This document shows, in pieces, positions 26,411-34,529 of a DNA stretch of 64,000 bases. The first letter of the stretch is position 1. The number at the start of each line of letters is the position of its first letter. Origin of the DNA: an uncultured delta proteobacterium (GTDB lineage Bacteria; Myxococcota_A; Polyangia; Polyangiales; Houyiibacteriaceae); NCBI GenBank assembly GCA_963704865.1, contig CAVPIE010000008.1, forward strand, positions 29,357 through 93,356. Reading direction: 5' to 3'. The notes beneath the pieces are model-generated. The model saw only the letters and a program-made list of their open reading frames with translations. It was not told where the DNA came from and made no database searches. The position numbers and the translations under genes were made by a program.

Positions 26411-26433
26411 AGTCAGCACCTCTTTCAAATTCC

Positions 26434-26461
26434 AGTATAAGAAAAAATTTACAGTCCTCAA
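26434..26461 (-). promoter_or_regulatory. Candidate sigma70-type promoter for the repeat-protein gene
   Basis: The reverse strand reads TTGAGG, a 16-nt spacer, then TATACT, in a 77-bp AT-rich spacer. It is followed by SD GAGG and the ATG. Confidence 0.35.
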
Positions 26462-26487
26462 GTAGGGTATGTTACCAATATTGCGAT

Positions 26488-26895
26488 TTATCGAGGATTA
26501 CTCGCCCCAATGACATCTTTGAAGGCGTCTCCGTCGATCTCGCCAGAGGCGACACAGTACCAGGAGCGCGGACCCGCATCCTGGATCAGGCGGAAGTTGT
26601 ACCGGCGGCCTTGAAGCTCGGTTGGGGAGATTCGGGTGCCACCTTCGACCCGAAAGCCCAGCGCATCGAAGGTTCCGGCGTACTTGCCTCGGGTGACCAG
26701 GTATTCGCGCTGGGCGGCCGCGAGAGCTCGAAACGTCATGACGGCTTCGGGCCGCTTCGCGCGGGCCACGAATATCTGATAGCGATTGACTCCGACGGTC
26801 GCAAGGACCGAGATGATCACGGTGACGATCATGGCGTCGATCAAGGTGTAACCGGCTCGCCGCTTGCGGCGTGGCGCTCTTTGCGTTCCGTTCAT
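26488..26895 (-). CDS. Prepilin-type N-terminal cleavage/methylation domain protein (type IV pilin / pseudopilin-like)
   Basis: Basic leader [15 protein letters not shown] followed by [21 protein letters not shown] (class III signal peptide pattern with Asp at +5 instead of Glu). It is followed by [22 protein letters not shown], typical of the pilin alpha1-C helix. Confidence 0.7.
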   Translation of the reverse strand: MNGTQRAPRRKRRAGYTLIDAMIVTVIISVLATVGVNRYQIFVARAKRPEAVMTFRALAAAQREYLVTRGKYAGTFDALGFRVEGGTRISPTELQGRRYNFRLIQDAGPRSWYCVASGEIDGDAFKDVIGASNPR

Positions 26896-28148
26896 TTTCG
26901 CTCCTCTCCGTGGAGGCCTCCATAGACGATGATCTTGTCTTCCCAGTGCTGTGCGACGAGCGCATCTCCTCGGTGAAGGAATCCGTCGCGGGCTCCCCAG
27001 CGCTTCTCTGCCGTCGAGAATACAGTCTCCGCTTCTTCGCGGCGGCGTTCGTCCGAGAGAAGCTCCCAGGACTCCTCCACCTGGGCGAAGAGGACCGGCG
27101 GCGTGGACTCCGACATCGATGCTTCGCGAATGAAGCTCGAGAGGTCCCCAGCGTCGTCGGGACTGATCGCCCGAAGCCCGCTCGAGTTGCCTAGATACTC
27201 GTCAGCGAGAAACAAAAGGCCTGCGAATGCGACCGCCAGACCCACGCCGCGCAACAGCCGTTGTTTTCGCATGGGGTTGGCGACGAATACGATGCTTTTT
27301 CGTCTGGATGGCTTGCGTGTTTTGGGGGGGGCGGTCTCGGGAGCGGCGTTTGGTTGCGGTTCCGCCGGCGCATCCGGCACGACGCTCAGCAGGCCCGTGT
27401 TCCGATCCTCAATCTCTGGGTGCGCCATGCCGACGCTGAGGTGCTCACGGTATTGACTCAGGTCCGCCAGCAGCTCGTCCACAAACTGGTATCGAGCGTC
27501 GGGGTCTCGGCACGTTGCTTTGCGAATGATTCGGACGACGCCCGCGGGGTGGCTCCCCAGCTCTTGGAGCTTCGGGATGTCTCTCGCTTCCCGCGGCGGC
27601 TCCTCACCGGCGACCACGAAGTACAGCAGTCGTCCCAGTGAATAGATGTCGGACCGGGTTTCGAGGACTCGCTCACTCGCCGTTTCTGGCGCGACGAACG
27701 GGCCGCTCCGGGGCGCAATGCGAGGGCCCAACAAGAACGGCTTCAGCTCATCGTCGACCGCGATGTACTGGGGCGACACGGTGCCCACCGGAACCTCGGT
27801 CGCGTGGAAGCGTGCGACGATGTTCGCGACTTCACGAAAATGCCTGAGGCGTTCGTCAAGACGCCACGAGCTCCACGGCAAGTCGCGGAACACACCCTTG
27901 GGTGCCGGCGACGCAAGAAGTACGTAAGGGTCTTCCTTGATGATTCGGATCCCCGACGCTTCGGCGTAGCGCGGGATGTTTTCGAAGTTGACCTTCTGGC
28001 CGTCGGTGGTGACGGCTTGGAGCACAATGACGGCGACTTCACGATCCTCGCGGTCGAGGCCCTCATGCACGACGATGCCGGGCGCACGGAAGATGGGCTT
28101 GCCCACCAGCACACCCGCCACGAAGGCATTGGTTGCAGTTTCTTGCAT
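26892..28148 (-). CDS. Membrane-anchored Hanks-type kinase homologue with degenerate catalytic motifs (predicted pseudokinase)
   Basis: Retains VAPE (APE), [11 protein letters not shown] (subdomain IX) and CRDPDARY (subdomain XI). It has VAVIVL in place of [19 protein letters not shown] in place of HRDxKxxN, and no DFG. One TM segment ([17 protein letters not shown]) is followed by a roughly 110-aa C-terminal domain. Its stop overlaps the pilin-like start (ATGA). Confidence 0.6.
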   Translation of the reverse strand: MQETATNAFVAGVLVGKPIFRAPGIVVHEGLDREDREVAVIVLQAVTTDGQKVNFENIPRYAEASGIRIIKEDPYVLLASPAPKGVFRDLPWSSWRLDERLRHFREVANIVARFHATEVPVGTVSPQYIAVDDELKPFLLGPRIAPRSGPFVAPETASERVLETRSDIYSLGRLLYFVVAGEEPPREARDIPKLQELGSHPAGVVRIIRKATCRDPDARYQFVDELLADLSQYREHLSVGMAHPEIEDRNTGLLSVVPDAPAEPQPNAAPETAPPKTRKPSRRKSIVFVANPMRKQRLLRGVGLAVAFAGLLFLADEYLGNSSGLRAISPDDAGDLSSFIREASMSESTPPVLFAQVEESWELLSDERRREEAETVFSTAEKRWGARDGFLHRGDALVAQHWEDKIIVYGGLHGEERK

Positions 28149-28258
28149 GTTTTACAAAATAAGTGATTAAATACAGCTATGCCACATCTTAACGAACGGA
28201 AGTTGAAACTTTGAGAGGACTGTAACTCCGGGGCGAAGGCGTCGTATCCTCCGCGGGC

Positions 28259-29623
28259 ATGCGGATCGTCATCGTCGGAAACGGCGTCGCGGGGATGGAG
28301 GCGGCCCTCGCGGTGCGTGAGCGGGAGCCGAGTTGGGAGATCAGCCTGATCTCCGAAGAGAGCGACCACTTCTTCTCGCGGACGGCGCTGATGTGGGTGT
28401 TCAGCGGACAGATGAGCCATCGGGACATCGAACCCCTGGAGCGCGATGCCTATGCAAGGCTTGGATTTCGGAGGGTGCGGGCTCGGGCCAGGGGCATCGA
28501 CACCGCGAAGCAGCTCGTCCTATTGGCGGGCGGGCTGGAGCCGGTTCCCTACGACCGCCTCTTAATTGCATCGGGATCCCGTCCACGCACCGGACCCTGG
28601 CCCGGGGCGGACTCGCGCGGCGTCGGCTATTTCGTCACCTTGCAGGACCTGGCCTGGTACGAGGCCGAGGTCCATGGCGGTAGCTCTCGGGCAGGCGGGC
28701 CTCCGAGGGCCGACGCGCACCTCCGGGCGAGCGCGAGTGATTCGCCGTACCGGTTCCGCGAAGTCGCGGCGGAGCGACGAGGCCAGTTGGCCCGACAACC
28801 GGCGATCATCGGCGGGGGTCTCATCGGGATCGAGGCTGTCGAGGTCGCGGTGGCGGCAGGGCTCCGGCCCCGGTTCTTCATCCGCGAGGAATGGTTCTGG
28901 CCGATCGCGCTGGACCCCCGCGAATCGGAGTGGATCGCCGACCGGATGAGCCATCATGGCGTCGACGTGCATTTGGAGCACGAGGTGGAACGAATCGAGG
29001 CGGACTCGGATGGAAACGTGGCCGCGGTGCGAACCAACGAGGGGCGCTACGAGGCTGACTGCGTCGTGATCGCGATCGGCGTGGTGCCCAACACGTCCTG
29101 GTTGGCCGGCGGCACGATCGCGCTGGACGAGCGCGGTGGCATCGTCGTCGACGAATCCTTGAAGACGAGCGCCGCGAACGTATTCGCCGCGGGCGACTGT
29201 GCGTCGGTGCGTTGGTTCGACGGAACGCGGCGCCCCGAGCAGCTCTGGTACACCGCGCGCGATCAGGGCCGTGTCGCCGGGCGACGGCTCCTCGGCGATT
29301 CGCCGCGTTATGAAAGGGGCGCCTGGTACAACTCGGCCAAGCTGATGGACATCGAGTACACGACCGCAGGGCTGGTGAATTGGAACCTCGACGGCGAAAA
29401 AAGCTGGTTTTTCGAGGAGCACGGCAAGGTGCGAAGCACGACGCGGGTGGTTGTCCAAGAGGACCGCGTCGTCGGTTTCAACATGCTGGGCCGGCGATGG
29501 GATCACCGCGTGCTCATCCGGTGGATTGAAGAACAGCGAAGCCTCGACTGGGTTGTCGCTCACCTAAACGATGCAGCGTTCGACACCGAGCTCGTTCCGC
29601 CGCTACGCATTTTGGGAGCATGA
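28259..29623 (+). CDS. FAD/NAD(P)-dependent pyridine nucleotide-disulfide-family oxidoreductase
   Basis: MRIVIVGNGVAGMEAA dinucleotide fold, a second GGGLIGIEA fold, and AAGDCA near the C-terminal FAD motif. Confidence 0.8.
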   Translation: MRIVIVGNGVAGMEAALAVREREPSWEISLISEESDHFFSRTALMWVFSGQMSHRDIEPLERDAYARLGFRRVRARARGIDTAKQLVLLAGGLEPVPYDRLLIASGSRPRTGPWPGADSRGVGYFVTLQDLAWYEAEVHGGSSRAGGPPRADAHLRASASDSPYRFREVAAERRGQLARQPAIIGGGLIGIEAVEVAVAAGLRPRFFIREEWFWPIALDPRESEWIADRMSHHGVDVHLEHEVERIEADSDGNVAAVRTNEGRYEADCVVIAIGVVPNTSWLAGGTIALDERGGIVVDESLKTSAANVFAAGDCASVRWFDGTRRPEQLWYTARDQGRVAGRRLLGDSPRYERGAWYNSAKLMDIEYTTAGLVNWNLDGEKSWFFEEHGKVRSTTRVVVQEDRVVGFNMLGRRWDHRVLIRWIEEQRSLDWVVAHLNDAAFDTELVPPLRILGA

Positions 29624-30755
29624 CGTGGACCAGCAAGGACAAAACGGGCTGCTGAGCACCTATCGCGAAGGTTGGCGCAACCGAAGCGTCCTCGGGCTGA
29701 TGATCTCGCTGCTCTTGGTCAGCTTCTATGTCGTCCTTTATTGGGAGCACAAGGTTCAAGAGCAGTTTGGGGTAGCGCCGTTCACTGCGTTTTCCGAATC
29801 GCTCGGCCTGCGCAATCGTTGGTACCTCTACGGTCTGCTCTATTCGATCGCGATGACCGCCGGCGCCATTTACTACCTCCGGCGCCACGGGAACAGCCGC
29901 TACAACCGATATCGGATCACCGTGAACGTCGCGATTCAAATCGCGCTCGGCTTCACCCTTCCGTTCATCATGCCGCTCTTTGGTGGCAAGGAGTTCTATT
30001 TCTCGTACTTCTGGCCTCTCAAGTACGACTATCTTTATCCGCAAACGCTCGCGGACCTTCCCTTGTATTTCTCGCTCTACACGGTCGTGGGCTCGCTCCT
30101 TGCGGCGCCGGTGCTGGCCGTCTTCTATGGCAAACGCTGGTACTGCTCCTGGGTCTGTGGTTGTGGCGGCCTGGCGAATACCTTTGGCGACCCGTGGAGA
30201 CATCTCACGAGCAAGTCGACGAAGTCGTGGCGATTCGAGCAGTTGAGCATCCATGTGGTCTTGATCATCGCCATCGCGACGACGTTCCTGATCGGTCTCG
30301 ACTGGCTCATCGGAAGCGAACACCCGACGTTTCATCGGATCGTCGCCGGCGACGACTGGAAGGATTGGTCGATCAAGAGCTTCTACGGATTTGCGGTCGG
30401 CTCGATCTTGGCAGGGGTGATCGGCACGGGGCTCTATCCAGTTTTTGGTCCGCGGGTTTGGTGCCGAAACTTCTGCCCGATGGCTGCGGTCCTCGGCTGG
30501 ATTCAAAAGGTGGGGCGCTACCGAATCAAGGTGAAGCCGGGGATGTGTATCTCTTGCGGCAACTGCAGCACGTATTGCGAAATGGGAATCGACGTTCGCT
30601 CATACGCGCAGGCCGACCAGAGCTTCACGCGCGCGTCCTGCGTGGGTTGCGGAATGTGCTCGCACATGTGTCCGCGCGGTGTGCTCAAGCTCGAGAACAG
30701 ATGGGACCGGCCCGAGGACAAGGAGCGTCAACGGCTTTCGGTCGTCGACTTCTGA
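29571..30755 (+). CDS. Membrane-bound 4Fe-4S polyferredoxin-like protein (NapH/MauN-like)
   Basis: Multiple TM helices, CSWVCGCGG and WCRNFCP motifs, and two ferredoxin motifs CISCGNCSTYCE and CVGCGMCSHMCP. A GTG at 29625 (2 nt after the upstream stop) is a plausible alternative start. Confidence 0.75.
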   Translation: MQRSTPSSFRRYAFWEHDVDQQGQNGLLSTYREGWRNRSVLGLMISLLLVSFYVVLYWEHKVQEQFGVAPFTAFSESLGLRNRWYLYGLLYSIAMTAGAIYYLRRHGNSRYNRYRITVNVAIQIALGFTLPFIMPLFGGKEFYFSYFWPLKYDYLYPQTLADLPLYFSLYTVVGSLLAAPVLAVFYGKRWYCSWVCGCGGLANTFGDPWRHLTSKSTKSWRFEQLSIHVVLIIAIATTFLIGLDWLIGSEHPTFHRIVAGDDWKDWSIKSFYGFAVGSILAGVIGTGLYPVFGPRVWCRNFCPMAAVLGWIQKVGRYRIKVKPGMCISCGNCSTYCEMGIDVRSYAQADQSFTRASCVGCGMCSHMCPRGVLKLENRWDRPEDKERQRLSVVDF

Positions 30756-30758
30756 ACG

Positions 30759-31271
30759 TCATTCAAACGCGCGGCGCCACGCGGTGAAGACCTCGACCGA
30801 GAAGAGCACAAAACGGATTTCGTCCAAGGCCCAGGTTTGCTCGCGCACGACCGCGGCTGAAACGGCGGCCGCGTCCTCGACCGGGTAGCCATAGACACCG
30901 CAAGAGATGGCGGGAAACGCAATCGATTTGAGCTCGTGTGCGACGGCCAATTCCAACGACGAACGAAATGCCGAGGCCAGGAGCCCGGCGTCCGCAGAAT
31001 GTCCTCGGTAGACCGGACCGACCGTGTGAATCACGTATCGCGCCGGGAGCTCGAAGCCGGGTGTGATTCGGGCCTCACCGGTCGGACAGCGAACCCCCGG
31101 TTGAACCTCGGGAATCGCGCGGCAGGCTTCGAGAAGGGCGGGGCCCGCCGCCTGATGGATTGCCCCATCGACACCACCGCCGCCGAGCATCCATTCGTTG
31201 GCGGCGTTCACGATCGAATCGACGGCTTGTTGGGTTAGATCACCCCGTAGGATGTGTACCCGGGGAGTCAT
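30759..31271 (-). CDS. Macro domain protein (O-acetyl-ADP-ribose deacetylase, YmdB-like)
   Basis: RGDLTQQAVDSIVNAANEWMLGGGGVDGAIHQAAG and SIAFPAISCGVYGYP macrodomain motifs. Confidence 0.85.
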   Translation of the reverse strand: MTPRVHILRGDLTQQAVDSIVNAANEWMLGGGGVDGAIHQAAGPALLEACRAIPEVQPGVRCPTGEARITPGFELPARYVIHTVGPVYRGHSADAGLLASAFRSSLELAVAHELKSIAFPAISCGVYGYPVEDAAAVSAAVVREQTWALDEIRFVLFSVEVFTAWRRAFE

Positions 31272-31738
31272 GGAGAACCGTCCTCCGCGCGCACCGAGGG
31301 GGCCGGCCGGCCCATCAGCTTTTCAAAGGCTGCAGGTCCGAGGGCCTGGGCCATCAGCCGGTCCAGGCGCATTTCGACGGCCTCTTTTTCATCGGGGGAG
31401 TCATAAGCGAAGGCGATTCCCATGCCCGCGGGACGATCGGCCCGCGACTGCGCGACCTCCACGACCCATCGGACGACCCCCCCCAGCACGATGCCCTCTT
31501 CGAGCTGAGGCGCCTGGATCGTGAAGGAGAGCACAGTTCCGACCGGAAGGGGGCGATCGGTGCGAATGAAGGTGCCACCTTGACTGATGTTGTGGGTGTA
31601 GTCCGAGAGGAGCGCGTTCAACCGCTCGTATTCCACGGTCAATTCGAGCGGGGCTCGACCCGATTCCCGACGCTCTCGACCTCCCTCGGACATGCCCGGG
31701 CGGAGGTTAGGGGGCCTCGTGGCTCGCGGCAACAACAC
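31268..31738 (-). CDS. PilZ domain protein (Myxococcales TIGR02266-like)
   Basis: RRESGRAPLELTVEY...DYTHNISQGGTFIRTDRPLPVGTVLSF carries the RxxxR...D/NxSxxG PilZ signature. An alternative ATG lies at 31693. The stop overlaps the macrodomain start by 4 nt. Confidence 0.7.
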   Translation of the reverse strand: MLLPRATRPPNLRPGMSEGGRERRESGRAPLELTVEYERLNALLSDYTHNISQGGTFIRTDRPLPVGTVLSFTIQAPQLEEGIVLGGVVRWVVEVAQSRADRPAGMGIAFAYDSPDEKEAVEMRLDRLMAQALGPAAFEKLMGRPAPSVRAEDGSP

Positions 31739-31837
31739 GGTTGCTTGACGGCGAATCGGCCACTGCCTAACCTACGAGCCCTATAACCCGGACGTTCCGC
31801 ATCTGCGTTGAGCGTCTTTCGCGCGCGAGGACTGCGC

Positions 31838-34168
31838 ATGACTGAACCCGATTCCAAAACAAGTGAGACCTCAAACGGAGAGGTGGCGCCTGTGGAATCT
31901 CAGGCCCTCCGTGAATCTGAAGCCGGCACCGCAGCCGAGGCCGGGACGGTCGCCGAGACTGAGACCGTAGCCGAGATCCGTACCGAAACCGAGGCCGGGA
32001 ACGAAAACGCGACCCCGGCGGAGGCGGATACGGTTTCCGGGGACGTGGCGGCCGTGGAAGCGCAGGCGGACACGGTTGCTGGAGACGCGGCGGCCGTGGA
32101 AGCGCAGGCGGACACGGTTGCTGGAGACGCGGCGCCCGAGACGGACACGCCGAGCGCCGCAGGGGATCTAGAGGCGGCGGGAGGCAAGAAGAAGCGTCGC
32201 CGGCGCCGTAAGAAGAAGGGCGCGAGCGAGGCCCCCGAAGACGCGAAGTCCGGGCATCATCACGCCCCGTTCGCTCATCTGTTCTCCGGCGGAGTGACGC
32301 GCAGGCACGCGTTCTCGCCTGGGGAGGAGATCGCGGGACGCGTCGAGCGCGTCGAGCATGGAGCCGTCGTCATCGACGTCTTCGGAAAGGCGAGTGCGAT
32401 CGCCGACGTGAACGAGCCGCGCGACATTCCAGCCATCGTGCATGCACCGGAACCATCGACGCCGGCAACCAACGTCGCTGCTGAAGCTGCAGAAGCAGCG
32501 GCTCCAGTCGCCGAAGGAAGCGTCGTCGAGGCACCGACTGCCGATGCACCGCCGCTCGAGGCGCCGCTACCCGAAGTCGCGCGGGCCGTGGAACGCGACA
32601 CGACTGAATGGGAGTTTTCGTCCACCGACGTCAGCAACATCGACGAGCTCGCCGAAGCGGATACGGTCGTTGCGGCACAGGCCTTCGATCCAACCAGCAT
32701 GGTTGAGGTGCCGCAGGCCCCGGCGGTTCCGAAGACGGAGGCCGGGGCGGCTTCCGAGGCCGATCCCGCTGCCGAGGTGGAGTCGGTGTCCAAGACCGTG
32801 GCCGACCCGCTGGCCCTGACCGAACCGCCCGAGGATCCCGCGGACGCGGATCTAACTCTTCTCGACCCCTTGCCCGAGCTCGACGCTCCGCAGGTCGGCG
32901 CGATCTTTCGTGGCCGCATCGCTGGGGTTGCCGAGAGCGGGCACATCGTGATCGTGAATCGGATCATCGACAAGCCGGCGGTCCGCAAGGCGTTGCGCGC
33001 CGCCCGCGATTTGCATCAACGCGTCCAGGGGCTCGTCTACGGATACAACCGCGGCGGCTTCGACGTGCTCGTTGGCGGAGTGCGCGCGTTCTGCCCGGCG
33101 AGCGCCATGTCGCTGACGCCCATCGAAGACCCACAGACGTTCGTAGGGCAGCGCTGCGAGTTCTCCTTGCCGCAGGATAAGGGCGGCAAGAAGAGCATCA
33201 TCGTCAGCCGACGGAACATCCTCGAAAAGGAAGCCAGGCAGCGGGCCCGCCAGCGAATGGCCGAGCTCGAGGTCGGCATGAAGCTCCCGGGTAAGGTGGT
33301 CGAAGTGCGCGACTACGGCGTGCTGGTCGATCTGGGAGATGGCCTCGACGGCCTGGTTCACATGAGCGAGGTTTCCTGGGGCCGGGGCGTCCGACCGCAG
33401 GACGCTGCCAAAGTCGGCGATGAGGTCGAGGTCGCAGTCCTGAAGGTTCAGCAGGCGTCGCGCAAAGACCGCTTTGGCCGTGTGTCGCTCTCGATGCGCG
33501 CCTGTCAGCCCGACCCGTTGGAGGCTGCCAAAGACTCGATCCGACCCGGCACGCCCATCAAGGGCACGGTCGTTCGGACGACCGAGTTTGGTGCCTTCGT
33601 TCAACTCCAGGAGAACATCGAAGGGCTGCTTCACATCTCGGAGCTCGGCGGGAGCCGAGAGCTCACGCACGCCAAGCAGGCCGTCACGGAAGGCGACGAG
33701 ATCCACGTCGTGGTCGAGCGGGTCGATCGTGAGCAGAGGCGCATCTCTCTCTCGAAGCTTTCGGAGGCGGATGCAGCCGCGATCGAAGCCGGAGAAATCG
33801 AAGTCGGCAAGGCCCCGCGCTCGCTCAAGCCGGGCTCGGTCGTGTCCGTGATCGTCAAGCGGGTCGACCACACTGGCGTTCAAGTCCAGGTCGAAGGCAT
33901 GCTTGGCAAGCGCGGGCGTGGTTTCATCCGCAGCCGCGAGCTTCAAGACATGAGCGACGACCGGAAAAAAGGCGTCTCCCAGGGTGACGTCATCGAGGTG
34001 AAAGTCATCGGCACCGAGCGCGACGGGTCACTTCGTTGCTCGATTCGCGCCCGGCTTCTCGACGACGAGCGAAAGGCCGTCCGCGAGTACCGCAAGGAGT
34101 CGGCCCAGCAGGGCCTCGGCACGTTTGGGGACTTGTTGAAGGCGAAGCTCGGCGGCGGCTCGGACTGA
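31838..34168 (+). CDS. S1 RNA-binding domain protein (ribosomal protein S1-like) with a long low-complexity N-terminal extension
   Basis: The C-terminal roughly 420 aa contain several S1 (OB-fold) repeats, e.g. GMKLPGKVVEVRDYGVLVDLGDGLDGLVHMSEVSW and GTPIKGTVVRTTEFGAFVQLQENIEGLLHISEL. The N-terminal roughly 350 aa are Ala/Glu/Thr-rich with a polybasic KKKRRRRRKKK patch. Confidence 0.8.
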   Translation: MTEPDSKTSETSNGEVAPVESQALRESEAGTAAEAGTVAETETVAEIRTETEAGNENATPAEADTVSGDVAAVEAQADTVAGDAAAVEAQADTVAGDAAPETDTPSAAGDLEAAGGKKKRRRRRKKKGASEAPEDAKSGHHHAPFAHLFSGGVTRRHAFSPGEEIAGRVERVEHGAVVIDVFGKASAIADVNEPRDIPAIVHAPEPSTPATNVAAEAAEAAAPVAEGSVVEAPTADAPPLEAPLPEVARAVERDTTEWEFSSTDVSNIDELAEADTVVAAQAFDPTSMVEVPQAPAVPKTEAGAASEADPAAEVESVSKTVADPLALTEPPEDPADADLTLLDPLPELDAPQVGAIFRGRIAGVAESGHIVIVNRIIDKPAVRKALRAARDLHQRVQGLVYGYNRGGFDVLVGGVRAFCPASAMSLTPIEDPQTFVGQRCEFSLPQDKGGKKSIIVSRRNILEKEARQRARQRMAELEVGMKLPGKVVEVRDYGVLVDLGDGLDGLVHMSEVSWGRGVRPQDAAKVGDEVEVAVLKVQQASRKDRFGRVSLSMRACQPDPLEAAKDSIRPGTPIKGTVVRTTEFGAFVQLQENIEGLLHISELGGSRELTHAKQAVTEGDEIHVVVERVDREQRRISLSKLSEADAAAIEAGEIEVGKAPRSLKPGSVVSVIVKRVDHTGVQVQVEGMLGKRGRGFIRSRELQDMSDDRKKGVSQGDVIEVKVIGTERDGSLRCSIRARLLDDERKAVREYRKESAQQGLGTFGDLLKAKLGGGSD
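32024..32140. repeat. 42-bp in-frame tandem repeat (about 2.8 copies; ADTVAGDAAAVEAQ) in the S1-protein extension
   Basis: gcggacacggttgctggagacgcggcggccgtggaagcgcag occurs at 32066-32107. A diverged copy lies at 32024-32065 and a partial copy starts at 32108. Confidence 0.85.
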
Positions 34169-34172
34169 TTCC

Positions 34173-34422
34173 GGGGCGCGGAAAAATTCGGCACGGGGCT
34201 GCGTCGAACGGCTCGCGCTGCCGCGGGTGTTGAGGGGGCGGGGTGTTGGGTTGCGTGGGTGGTTTGGTTTAATTTACACCGCCCGCCCACCCCCACCCGT
34301 AATCCTCCCTGGCGCGGCATTCGCTTCGCTTTGCCTTGGCGGCGCGTTGCGCCGGGCTTCGCCCTGCGGGCTCGCGCTGCCGCCTGCCGTTTGGGAACGT
34401 TGTTGTTCCTATCTCCGTGTGG
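34173..34422. repeat. Copy C of the intergenic repeat family (between the S1-like gene and tRNA-Val)
   Basis: Starts 5 nt after the S1-gene stop. Collinear with copy B. The core 34217-34384 is the reverse complement of 6784-6949. Confidence 0.85.
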
Positions 34423-34529
34423 AGGGGTGCGTCGCGAGCTGTTCTTCGATCGTCGGGTCAACCGTGTTGGGCCATCGGTCGGCTTGTCGCTTGGCTTGTC
34501 GTCGTTTAGGCTCCGCGCCGTTCGGAAAT

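Noticed and set aside
28163-28185. Sigma54-like element upstream of the pseudokinase gene (reverse strand TGGCAT-AGCTG-TATTT).
   Set aside because: The -24 GG is present, but the -12 position has TATT instead of the required TTGC (no GC dinucleotide). This is not a convincing RpoN promoter.
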